Positions 13,634 to 25,825 of a stretch of DNA of 64,000 nt are shown piece after piece. The notes under the pieces were generated by a model. The model had not been told where the DNA came from. It saw nothing but the letters and a program-made list of their open reading frames with translations, and did not search any database. Position 1 is the first letter of the stretch; each line of letters begins with the position of its first letter. Source of the stretch: Sphyrna mokarran (taxonomy: Eukaryota); the NCBI GenBank assembly GCA_024679065.1, contig JAGIQG010000001.1, positions 148,924,001 to 148,988,000 on the forward strand. Direction: 5' to 3'. Both the position numbers and the translations under genes were made by a program.

Positions 13634-14055
13634 ATAAGACCATAAGATATAGGACAGAATTAGGTAACTCAGCCCATCGAGTCTGCTCCGCCATTCAATC
13701 ATGGCTGATATTTTTCTCATCCCCATTCCCCATAACTCTTGATCCTCTTATTAACCAAGAATCTATCTACCTCTGTCTTAAAGACAGTCAAATACCTGAC
13801 GTCCACAGCCTTCTGCAGCAAAGTGTTCCACAGATTCACCATTCTCTGGCTGAAGAAATTATTCCTCAGCTCTGTTTTAAAGGATTGTCCCTTTAGTCTG
13901 AGGTTGTGCCTTCTGGTTCTAGTTTTTTCCACCAGTGGAAACACCCTCTCCATGTCCACTCTATCCAGACCTCACAATGTCCTATAAGTTTCAGTAAGAT
14001 CCCCATCACACTTCTAAATTCCAATGAGTACAGACCCAGAGTCCTCAACTGTTCC
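13634..14055 (-). mobile_element. CR1 LINE 3' fragment
   Basis: ORF 13717..13959 (TRTRRHNLRLKG..FFSQRMVNLWNTL) is the CR1 ORF2 C-terminus; tail repeat cataagaccataaga. Confidence 0.9.
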
Positions 14056-15406
14056 ATGTTAATTTATGCAAATTAGGCTCACACCATTCGTGAGTGTGAA
14101 CCCGATTATATGACAAGCAGGAGCTAGGGAAAGTCTCATTCTGAGATATTGCTGGCTCGGATCCTGTTTTTGGCCTCTCACGAGATTTAGCGACCATTAC
14201 AAGATTCATGAGGTCATTAGATTGCAGCTACTGTCTGTGCCTTACCTGTTCAAAGCTCTAGAATTGAACCAGTCTAGTTTTTCGTGGATTCCATTGGCTC
14301 CTTGATTTGATTATATTTTAAACTCTTCAATCTTGCATCAAATACAGGCACAACAATATGTCCATGCCATGATGGAAGAGATAATTCCTCATTATGACTG
14401 AGGCAAAGGCCAATGGCAGGGCTGAATCCATTGGAGATAACAGCATGCTCATACCTAATTATCTTTCTCACATTTCAGTCCTCCATCAGTGCACAATTGT
14501 TTCTGATTTTTAAGCTGCAGTTGGTGTAAGCTTCCACCCCATTCTCTTTTCTACAACTCTTGTGCTTTTCACCTTTGAAATACACAAAAACTGCAACACT
14601 AGAACTGGCAGAAACTCACGGAAGACAGGAATTAAGCATGTTTAGTTGATGTTTGTATGAATATAACAATGTTTCATTTTGAAATTTGGATTAGAATGTT
14701 CATTGTATTGTGTGTTCATTATCTGAGCATTGTGATCTGGTGAATGTTGTGGTGGACGGTAACAGAGAAAGTTAAAGTGTGGGACTGTTGTGAATGGGAA
14801 ATTGGGATTGCCTTTGTGATATTGTCATTGGATCAGTTGCTCATATAAGAGGACCGCATAGAAAGGGGCTGTGATGGTTGCCTCCTCCCTGTTGCTCACC
14901 TCCCTCCTGTACTACCATCTCTGTTTCATGTCCTATTGCTCCTCCTCCCCCTCTAGTCACTGTGTCGCTGATGGCAAGAGTTATACCTTTATGATGGTGT
15001 GGTTGTATGAGATGTAACAGACCATGACAAATCACTCTGCTGAATACTTCACAGCTACTCCACACATTGGAATCATTGCTTACGCACCTCAGTAGTATAT
15101 TTGATCACATTCCATTTGGTTATATAGCTTTTATTAAGTACTGCTGTTTGTGTGTGGATTGCACACCAAAATCATGAGTCATGTAATCAACAGATAGCTC
15201 TTCTCACCTTTGTTACTAGCCTGTAGCCTGTTGCTCAGTGTGGACATCAGTAATGCTGCCAGAAAGCCACGCATAATATGCTCTCTGAAATATTTGTATT
15301 GCATGCTCGTTGAATATTGAGGGAGTGAATAGCTTCCTTTTGTGGTACACTGCAACGTATGTGCTGCAAATGGCATCATGTATGGGAAAGTCTGCATCGA
15401 AAAAAA

Positions 15407-15541
15407 TTGTCTGTGCTGATGTGTGCTATTGCAGACCAGAACACTGCATTTGCCTGAGGAAGACACAGGAGTCGAAAGCTCGCGTTTTTACTATCAAATA
15501 AATCGGTTGGATTATAAATTGGTGTTGCTAAATTCTTACTG
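15407..15541 (+). mobile_element. Penelope-like terminal repeat fragment with hammerhead motif
   Basis: Homologous to 59732-59868; contains CTGAGGA-a-GAC-acagga-GTC-GAAA-GC-TC followed by actatcaaataaa. Confidence 0.75.
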
Positions 15542-18500
15542 AGTTCGAAAAAAATTGGCACTGTAGTTCTGAATTTTTGTGGCCTCAATTTTTCATATTT
15601 AATGTACCTTCAACCAGAAATACCTGCCAACAAGTAGAAAAAAATTAATCTTAGCTACTAAATTATGTTTCAAAAAGACACCTGCATTTCTGATAGATAA
15701 GAAGAATACACCAGCAATACTAATCTAGGCTGACAACTGATCAGTGCAAAAGTAGAGAATGAGTAAGATGATGTGGCACAGAATGTGCAATATTAAACTG
15801 TCTTTGCCTGTTTGAAGGCTACCTGGATTTTATGAACTGCAATGTCACTGTATTGTATTTATATCAGCTGCAAACACGACCTTAGCTATGTTAGATCAGG
15901 GCTGTTAAGAATCTTAGTGGAGGTTAGCTAATGAATGTAAGTAGGAAAATTATTTGTCAACTTCAATTGGAAAATATTGAATTTCAGTGACTTAAAAAAA
16001 ACACAATTAACACAACCACATTGCTACTTCATGAAACTGGAATAAAGGCACAGCCAACTGCAACCCAAACCTTCAATCTGATAGCTAACAATTACTTATG
16101 ATTGAAGTGCTAAGTGGCATTAGAAGAGAGTCAAAGAAAAGAGGACCCAGAGGTTGAGGGGAAATCAATGATCAGGCAGGTTGATCTTCCAGGATAAGTT
16201 ATGATCATGCAGATGGTTCGTCCAGGCTATGGTAGAGTCAATCATCAGGGTAGCTGATGAGGTTCAACCGTGGTATTGCCTGATGCAATTTTTCAAAGCC
16301 ATCTTAGGCATCCTTTTGGCTGAGATGCAGCATTAGTTCAAGCCCAGGAAAGGGTGCAATGCTTTATCTTGTCAGCTTGAATCTTGTTTGTCTGTTTTGC
16401 GGGGACCATGAATTGGATTCAATTTGAATTTTTTTTTTTGGATGGATAGTGGTTAATGCATCATCTAACAGTAGTAATTTTAATTCATCCTACTTAGTGG
16501 AAAATGAGTTGGCAGGTTGGTAACATGGCTAGAGTGACTTATCCCTGTTTATCCTGCTGTTAAAATTTTAAATAATATTATAGTGAATTTTTTTGGAGGG
16601 CAAGTAAGCATTTACAGCCCTTGACTTTAAATCAGGAAGATTGGGTGCTGCTTTAAAACATGTGTTCTTAATTGTTTTATATGTTATACTAATGAATATG
16701 TAAATATTCATTAGTATTCTTTGCAAATATACTTGCATATTTGTCTACTAGAAAATAGAAGTCATGCAAATTGCAAACCTTAGGTAAATTGACTGTACAA
16801 CAGAAGCTTTTTGCTTAATATCTGCCTATTTCTAATGTGCCGCCCTCACCAATCCTCTTGCAACCAACTCCTCCACTGACCGTAAGAGCTTTGATAGATT
16901 TAAATCTTTTATTTCTCTTCCCTTTCGATCCAAATTGGTTGGGAAAGATTTAACAAAGATTTGTCCTAATACTTTGTTGGATTAGTGTAAAATGTTACCC
17001 CTGTTGTTGTGACAATTTTGTGCTCGTCCATGAGAGATCCAAACTGAGGATGTATGAACGACCTTTTTTGTTTATTGATTTGGGTTGGTAATGTGTGAAG
17101 TTGCCTGATGTAAATCAACTCTGCCTCCATGAATGCTTTGCCACGAGAGTGATATAGTCCTTTTATAGACTAAAGAGACCTTTATAAAGGTTTCACTAGG
17201 AGTCTATGAATAATCCTTTAGCTGGAGTGCCTTGGCATTCATCAGCTTGTTAATAATGGAATTCAGTATCTCATTTAAATTATTAGCCTTTATACAATTT
17301 TATATTAAGCATCTCAAACATTGCTGCACTTTCATCAGACTTGTCTGGTGCTGTGTGAATAACTGTACAATGGTCAATGACTGTCAAAACTATTTTTTAG
17401 AACATTTGGGGTCACTTCCTAAACTTTTATCACAAATGCCATACAATTATTTGAAGAATCCTTAGTCTTAAAATGCTCAGATATATGTGAAAACACTTAA
17501 TGTGCTTGTATGAAGTGTTTTATCCACTATTTTAGTGAAGATATTAATCATTATGTGGATTAACTTTTCTATTAATATAACAGACAAAATCAATTCTGCA
17601 GCAGCAATCTTTCTCATTCAATCTATATTTGACTAGTTTCTTCATTTTTTCAGGTGATGTTAATCATGATAAAAGCTTAATAGTTGTGCGAGCACTTGCT
17701 GCAGTATGGACAGGTTCAAAAAAAATTCTGTGGTGCTGTTTTTGGTGCAACTTGCTGAATATGAGTCAGTTGCAGAATTGTTGCAGACAATTTAATAGTA
17801 GGGTGATATCAGATCAGCTGCCTCTTTTACATCTCTCATTTTCATTGTCTTCCATGAAAGGGAAGTCTGGAGAGATCTTTAATAGGTGACTAATCAATAC
17901 TTTTCATTTTACCCTTTCATCAAAATATTAAAGACCTCTATAGGAGTTTTATTAGATGCTGTGCTGTACCTGCTTAAGAGATAACTGAATTGCAAACTGG
18001 TGCAAACTTCTACCCATTGCATATAAATTACACACAACTAATATGAATAGACAATATAAAAACACTGGAAGACAATATCTCATTCTCTTACAGTCCCATA
18101 ATCTTTATTGTGAACCATCATCTAAACAAAAAAGAGCAAAAAGTCTGCTCTTTTTGTCTTGCAGCTTTCTGTAAGCCATTCTTTATTTTTTCCCCCCTTT
18201 TGAGCCCTAACATCTCTTTGTGTTTAAAGTCAGTAGTTCAACTGGATGCTTGTGATTTGTATGGGACTAATCTTGAGAGAGAGTAATGAGCATTTTTCAT
18301 TTAGCAAGCTGTTGACAAGGCATTTAAACTAATGCTCTTAGAGGGTCATTAGCCTTTTCAGAGTTATTCGGATAGTTAGTGGAAACACTAAAACCCTGTG
18401 TCTTCAAGCCCTGATTAGTGACACTTTGATAAAGTCATCTGAAGTTCCTTGGACTGAATTTTCTACCTTTTCTGCTGTTTCTATGGTCACTGTGAAACGA

Positions 18501-19794
18501 CCTGTATTCAGGCCTTTATGCAATCTTTTTAAATGCAACTCGTTTAAGAGTTTTGTGTAATTCTGTGCCTAAAATTTCCCACTTGGCCTCAAAAAGTGTA
18601 TTTATGAACAGCAACAACAGCATGTTTTTTTTTCCCTCCCCCTTCGGTTTTCTTAAAGTGACAGGGATTGACTAAACAGGGCCTTTTAAGTTGACAAAAG
18701 ATTCAGGAAATCTTTACACATTTTATTGCCGAAAGTTTCACAAGGGCCAAAAGAAACAAAGACGTTTCTCTTCCACTCGATTTGATAGGAAGGCGAGGAT
18801 GAAGTTTGGGGCCGAGATATATCTTAACATTCCCTGAATTTTTCTAAGCAGAAAAAATACTATGGCTAATCAGTCACAATCAAATCATTCATGGCTATCT
18901 CAGATAGAAGGGATTAATGCATTATGTATTGGATAACGAGCAGACTCAACATTTGAAACACGTGAGAACTCAGTAAAAAAAATGACTGCTGGGAGTTGTT
19001 TCACAGGAGATGCAGAGTCAGGTCATTGACTTGATTTTCATGGGAAGACTGACTAAGGACTGGGGGCTTTCAGAGTGTGAGTAGCGCAGTATTGACAGCT
19101 GCAGTTTTGGGAGGGGAGTGTGTAGCATTGTGACATGCTTTGTTGAGAAAAGACAAGAGATGGTTTGAACAAAGATGTGAATGGAAACACTGGGTTCTGT
19201 GTCCCATCACTGACTGACTCTAACTTGTTACTGCTTGGTAAATCATTACTTCTCCAATATAAATTATTACATAGCAGGGGCAGTCACAAACAAACAAATG
19301 TTTATCTGTTTGTACAAAAACAAATGCTCCTCTGCATACTTAGAGAACCGCTGGAGTTCTAGCTGCTTCTTTTGTAGCAAGGTATTGTTGGAAGAAATAC
19401 TTGTTTAAAGTTTACAGTTTGCTTTGGAAACTACCTATTTTCACAGATTGTGTTGACTGGAACTTTTCTTGGCTATGAAGAAAGAAAGCTTTCTCAAGTT
19501 TTGTTCATATTAATTTATGGAGATTTTTAAAGTTTTGCTGCATAACTCATACCCTTTGTGATAGAATGTCCTTTGAAGAAAGGGGACTCGATTTTTGCTT
19601 GATCTTGAGGAGAAAAGTTCTTGACATGGTCCCTTATTTTGGCTTTGAAATTGGAACTATGAAAACATCCATAGGCACACAACTAACTCCTCTGTTCAAA
19701 ATAGATTCAAATGTGGATGCAGCAGTATTACTGATCTCAAAGGGACAGAATTACCAAAAAAAGTCTGTAAATATGACACTTAAGGACAGTTACG

Positions 19795-20030
19795 TTCTTT
19801 TTACTTCACAGATACGGGCATTACTGACAAGGTTGGCATTTATTGCTAATACAGAAGTGCCGACTAGCTAATACAGAAGTGCCAAATGCTGTTAGAGCTG
19901 GGGTTCCAAGGTTTTGACTCAATGGTGATGGAGTTCCAATATCTTCCTAAGTTAGGAAGATATGCAGTTTGGAGGGGAACTTGAAAGTGAAGATGTTCTC
20001 ATTTACTTGCACCTCGTTTCCTTCTAAGCA
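19795..20030 (-). mobile_element. LINE 3' end (same family as 6400-6700)
   Basis: ggcatttattgc tail and ttggaggggaacttgaaagtg are antisense to the 6400 copy. Confidence 0.6.
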
Positions 20031-22649
20031 GCATCCATACAGTTTCTAGTTTGACTTACTTGTGCTTTTGCAATTATTTAACTATTACTGGGATAAATAA
20101 AAACAAGTGAAATATTTGCAGCAACTTATCCTTCATTATCTGGTACCAAGTTTAACTAGTATCCTGAGATTGTTAACCTGCTTTTGCTTGGTTAATTTAT
20201 GTGCATCCCAACCGTGGAAAGGACGTTCTTCAACCCTTCTGCTTGCCTAGGTGAGCAACTGCACAAACAACATTGCACAGGTATCTTTTCAGGTATATAA
20301 ATACACAATATGGAAGAATATAATCTCAGCAGAATTTCTAACTTTATCTTGGTTGTATAAATGATTGCACCCTCCTTTTGAGAACATAGCATATCTGAAA
20401 ATGTTCATAAGACTTAAGTTATTTCACTATTCAGTATTTAACCAACTAACAGCTACAGATTTGCCAAAGCAAATGTTTCTGCATTTTTGTTTGTCGAACA
20501 GTACTGCTAATAGGGCTCCAGTTTTAGTCAGAAGTATTATCAGTATCCAATGATTAAAAACAACAGTGGATGTTTCTCCTCCAGGCAAGTAACAGGAGTC
20601 TTGAAAATTCCCAAATGAGCCTGTCCGCCATAGCAGAAAGTTCCAGGAAAGGTGGTATTTTCATTTTGGAACAACAAGTGCAAGCTGCAGTTGGGCCAAA
20701 TGACCTGGGAAGAAGTTCAGAGGCACCCAAGTGTGTCTCAGTGAGCTGGTTAAAAGACTCACCTTGGTATTTTGGGTCTTTGCCCCAGCTGTAATGAAAA
20801 TAAATAAGGGCCTCTAGCCCTCACTCCCCGCACAATTCCCATACCCACATCCCTGATACCTCATGCAATCCCATTCAACACTATGGTCCCTCCCACATTA
20901 TGCCCCGTACCAAGGCATTCTTAGCTGAAGCTGAGAATCCATTAGATTGTTGAATCAGCTAAGCTGGGAAGACATTTCTTGATCGACATTTCAGGCTTTC
21001 TGATCTATTCTGTCAGTTACACCACATTTAATTACACAAGATAAAAGAGGTTCCAAGTGCTTGCAGTTTGTGTTATTGTTGCTTTAAAATGTCTAGATGA
21101 TTGATACTTTTATTGCTCTGTAGTAGAAAGGAGATTTTTTTAAGAAAGTGAACAATACATGACTTTTTAAGATCTTTCTTTAAATATACTATTGTCACTG
21201 TAGAGTTCATTGGTCTTTACAGTGTGTAGTAGATGAATGGGCATGGAAGTGCCATAGTTTTCCATGGGGGAGGTGGACATGAGGGACCAAGGGAGTAGCA
21301 GGAAGACTGGTTGAGGGCTGTATTTTGGCAAGAGAACATGAGAGGTTGTGGGATGGGGTGGGGAGGCATACCTTGGCATGGAGGGGTGCCATGAGGAGAA
21401 GCTTATCTTTCAAAAGATTCTGTCATACAGACTATGCTTCTGAAAAGACTGGCCTGACACCATGAAAACTGTGGAGGACTAGGTCAGGTCTATCTCTCAG
21501 TGGAGTCTGCCAAGTTTGTGAGCCATATTGATGTGCACTAATCTTGCATAGCTGTCATGAGAAGAGATGTAACAGCACCCTGTTAAAGTGCTTCCTGTCT
21601 GTTTGTGCTTTCATTCTCAACCTGGGTATTATTACTGGCAATAAAAAGGATTGGGTTGCTAGGCCGTGTCAACGCTCGCACATACACTTCCTGATTTGCT
21701 CCTGCAAGGTTGATTTTAAGCTGGAAATAAACAGGGTCCCCAAGTTTAACTTGCTGTAAGATACTGGAGTCGTTATGTGAGATATTTTCACTTGTTTGAG
21801 CAAAAGCTTCAATTAATTTTTAATTTGTGTTCACATCTAAATTTGGAAATGTGTCTGTGTGAAGGAATGAAGAGTATTCTTGAGATTTTTCAGCAGCACA
21901 TGAGTAAAGCACTATTGAAGTTCAATTTCATCATAAATATACATATGATGTATCTGAGGTTAATCCACTGGTGTGATCTTCCTTGAGGTGGCTAATTAAA
22001 AGCTCACTGTACAATTAAGGATTGTAAGCGGTTGGGAAGATTAAACAGAGTACCTGAGGATTGAGCGGCTGTTGCTCATGTAGTAGAATCCTGAAGTCAC
22101 CTCATGGTAAAGTTGCCCCCTGAAGATTTTTGAATTTGTTAAAATAAAGCATGACCACAGCTGCCAGACCATCAAAGGTAGAACCACTCAACTGGATAGC
22201 CTGTGCCCTTGACCTTTGCTCCTCTCAAATTGGGAAATTTACACCAGCCCTGCTCTACACATTGTCCTGCCCCATCTATGTATCTTGTTGACCAACAGCT
22301 AACATGGGTGTGCGCATCCTGATGATGTTTTCGGGAGGCAACTTCATATCTTAAATAAGGCACCCTCCATTCTGCAGCAGGCAGTTTTCCTGTACCTAAC
22401 TTCTAGTAAATTAAAATGATTAGGTCAGAATGAATTACTGACATCACCTTAAAATTCTTCTCCACTTTTACCATTTCCATCAAGTTGGGGGGGTGGGGGG
22501 GAGGAGGTGGTGGTGGTGTGAGAGCAGATGTTAAAATGCCCTTGAACTTTTTGATTTCTGTTACTTCCGTTTCCATGCACACAATTTGTTTAGGCATGTT
22601 TGTTGTAGGTGTATAGTAGCAGTATCATATCAGTTTCGTTACTCTCATC

Positions 22650-22806
22650 TTTGATTTATTTGATTTGATTTATTTTTGTCACGTGTATTGGTATACAGTG
22701 AATAGTATTGTTGCTTGCACATGAAACAGATAAAGTATATCGTTCAGAAAGACTATGTGGGGAGAAGGAAAGGAGAGGGTACAGAATGTAATGTTACAGT
22801 CATAGG
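22650..22806 (-). mobile_element. Rex1/Babar-like LINE 3' UTR fragment
   Basis: (tttga)n tail plus ttgtcacgtgtatt...cagaatgtaatgttacagtcatag, antisense to 59190-59311. Confidence 0.8.
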
Positions 22807-24320
22807 TTGGTTTCCTGCATGCTTCTAATTATACATAAAATACAAAAATTCTATTTTTGTGTTATGCTGTAGACAACATGTCCATCTAAACTGAAAAGTG
22901 CTGATGGTACTTCAGGGTTAATAAGCAACTGTTGCAATAATTGTTTTGTTCTTTATAGAATTTGCAAAAACAATGCAGTGCAAAATCCTGTTTCTATTTA
23001 TGTAGAAGCACTATTTGATAATCATTATTATTTCCTTCCTTTACATGATGGTAAGTTGACAATAAATGTGAGAAAAATAGTGGAAAATGGTTCTTTTGGA
23101 CAAATATCTCTTAAAAATAATTGGGAACAGAAACAAGCATTGTATCAGAACTGATGTTTCACTCAGTCTATTAGCTGCTTTGTCTCGTATTAGTTTTGCA
23201 AATATCTTAATGTGGAGAAAGATACTGAAATACACAACATATTAAAACAAAATTGCATGCTTAGTCAGATTTTGTTAATTCCAAGTATGCTAGGAGGATG
23301 CATAAATTACATATTTTCATTGCGTCACAGAATTTGAACATTTTAAAGTCTGGTACTTGGAGGCTGTATGTGGATAGAAATTTTCTATCAGAGATTTTCC
23401 TTGATTGACATCAAGAATTTACCTCCACTCAATGGGTGAAATTTCTAAAGATTATTCAAATTGCATTCTGCAACATGTACAAATGATAACAAGGGAATGC
23501 CAATTAATCATTCCCAAACTTGCAGAAATTCAACACTGCTTAAAACTCAGCAAACCACAATACTGAGAAAGCAAGATGGACTTTGTTTTTGCCTCATGTG
23601 AACTACGTATTCTCTACCTTGGTGCAAGTCAACAAATGTTACAGATCTGGAAGTATTGCTAAGTGTACTGGCTACAGATTAAGTAGGTGAACTTGAATAC
23701 CTTTATAGAACAGAGAACTAGGTTTCCACTTCTTTCCCAGTTAGGATCACAGTATTACATTGCTGAGTTACCTAAAAGTGAGTGAGGAAACCTTTCAGGG
23801 CTGGTCAGTGAACCATCTTAATTAGCAATTTATTATGATCATTGATTATTGCAGACTGACTTAACTAATAAAGTCATTCACCTTGTTTTCTATCTTTCCT
23901 TTGCCCAGCATATTTTGAGTCAGTTTAATCCTAAAGGATCTCAGTTGCAAGTATCTTTCTAATATTTAGGGATACATGGTGCTTATGATTAATTGACTTC
24001 AATAAACAATAGTGTTAATTCTTCAAAATAAATGACTATATTTGTGCTGGAATTATGAAGTAGCACAGGTTTCAGTTAAACCACTCATCAAAAATTGAAT
24101 CATTTAATTAAAAATGAAAGCATTAAACTGAGTAACCATACAGCAGATTAACAACATTCCTCCTTCCTCAACGCATACCTCTTTAATGTTTGTATCTATC
24201 TTGCTTACTAGTGGGAACTTTGGATGAGAAGAAAGTATTTAAGGAGCATCATAAATCAATAGTAAGAACTTCCTGCTAAGGATACCAGCAGACTGTGTGT
24301 ATAGTTTTGTATTATATATG

Positions 24321-24655
24321 CAGGTTGATAACCTTTACCTGAAACTTTTGGGGTCAGTTATGTTTTGCTTTTCAGATGTTTTTGGTTTTTAGACCTACCA
24401 TCTATACAGTAAGCAAAGGACTACAGGCATGAGAATAGCTTATGCCTTGGAAAGCTATTGTTGACAAATATTAGCTTGTTTCTCCTTCTGCTAACTTTCA
24501 GACACCCTACTTCTTACCTGCTAATCCTTACTATGACTGTAAAATAATATTACATTTCTTTCCTAACATACAAGTTTAACTGCATAGTTGTTCAATAAAT
24601 GTTTGGCTTTTGGTTATATTTGGTTTTCGGAAGTTTGGATAAAAGATATTAAATC
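24321..24655. mobile_element. Tc1/mariner pogo-type (Tigger4/MER46-like) MITE, decayed
   Basis: Left end caggttgataacctttacctgaaacttttggggtcag and right end ttttcggaagtttggataaaagatatt resemble Tigger-like termini (from memory of the consensus). Confidence 0.5.
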
Positions 24656-24904
24656 ACTTGCATGTGACCACTTGCACATGACCTCTTGTATGTTCAGATT
24701 ATTTTTGGTATTGCAGTATTACTGAAATTCAAAGTTAAAGAAAGAAGAAAGTGTTTACAAGTCTCAGGAATAAATCTATTGGGTGTGCCTACTTCCAAGT
24801 GCATTAATTTTATCTGTCAGATCTTCTCATTTTTATTCCCTGCTACCTTTCCCTGAATAGTTGCTGTTATTTCTCTTCCCGCATCTAGTGTGCACAAGGC
24901 AGAA

Positions 24905-25249
24905 TTTCATCTTTCATAGAATCCTACAGTGCAGAAAGAGGCCCTTCGGCTCATCGAGTCTGCACCGAACACAATCCCATCCAGACCCTAGCACCATCTC
25001 CCTACGTATTTTACCCAGTAATCTATGCATCCCAGGAAACAATGGGGCAATTTTTTATTTTAACATGGCCAACCAACCTATCCTACACATCTTTGTACTG
25101 TGGGAGGAACTGGAGTACCCAGAGGAAACCCACGCAGACACAAGAAGAATGTGCAAACTCCACACATACAGTGACCCGAGCTGGGAATTGAACCCAGGTC
25201 TCTGGAGCTGTGAAGCAGCAGTGCTAACCACTGCGCTACTGTGCCGCCC
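24905..25249 (-). mobile_element. Full-length V-SINE (HE1-like)
   Basis: Antisense head gggcggcacagtagcgcagtggttagcactgctgc, B box gggttcaattcc, V core and CR1-type tail. Confidence 0.93.
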
Positions 25250-25259
25250 TGTCGTATAG

Positions 25260-25655
25260 TGAGGTTTTTCCATGAATGGGTCACCAGCCTGTCACAAGAG
25301 ACTTGTAGCTTGAGGGACAACTTTCCACATCAAGAATGGTTGACCATCTGACTCTCCTGTTTTTATTGCCTGACATTGGCATGTTGGAAGGATTTCACCA
25401 GTTGCTACTTAACCTGTTAAAGAACAAAGAACAACACAGCACGGGAAACAGGCCCTTCGGCCCAATGAGCCCGCGCTGCCGTCTTAACGTCTTTATGACA
25501 TAACCATGACCTTAGGCTATGCCTATTGTGGAAGAATATTGTTGGCTGCATTATGAATGCACTTTCCATGTCTACCAAGCCCTGTCATGGGACTCAAATC
25601 TGGAGCTTTCGACTCAGAAGCAGCAACACTATCCACCAAGCAACAAGACCTCCCC
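25260..25655 (-). mobile_element. Older tRNA-derived SINE interrupted by a short tail insertion
   Basis: Antisense tRNA-like head at 25585-25655 (gggactcaaatctggagc...ctcagaagcagcaacactatccac). Confidence 0.45.
25419..25482 (-). mobile_element. Extremely truncated CR1/SINE 3' tail
   Basis: aaagaacaaagaacaacacagcacgggaaacaggcccttcggcccaatgagcccgcgctgcc is antisense to 44703-44762; cttaac occurs on both sides. Confidence 0.8.
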
Positions 25656-25695
25656 TACCCTAAGTAGTGCTTGAGGAGAAAAAGACAAGAATTAT

Positions 25696-25825
25696 GGCTG
25701 AAATTCTCCATCCTGTCTTGCGGTTGGGACTTTTTGGTACTGCTGAGAGTAAATGGCGTTTTGGCTGGGGCACCAAGTTTTCCATTCTCGCTGGCCATGC
25801 CACAGATAAGACTGGAGAATCGGCC
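25696..25825. mobile_element. MITE (Harbinger-like)
   Basis: Terminal inverted repeats ggctgaaattctcca / tggagaatcggcc. Confidence 0.6.

Noticed and set aside
25180-25249. tRNA gene
   Set aside because: The A/B boxes belong to a SINE head joined to a V core; there is no complete cloverleaf.
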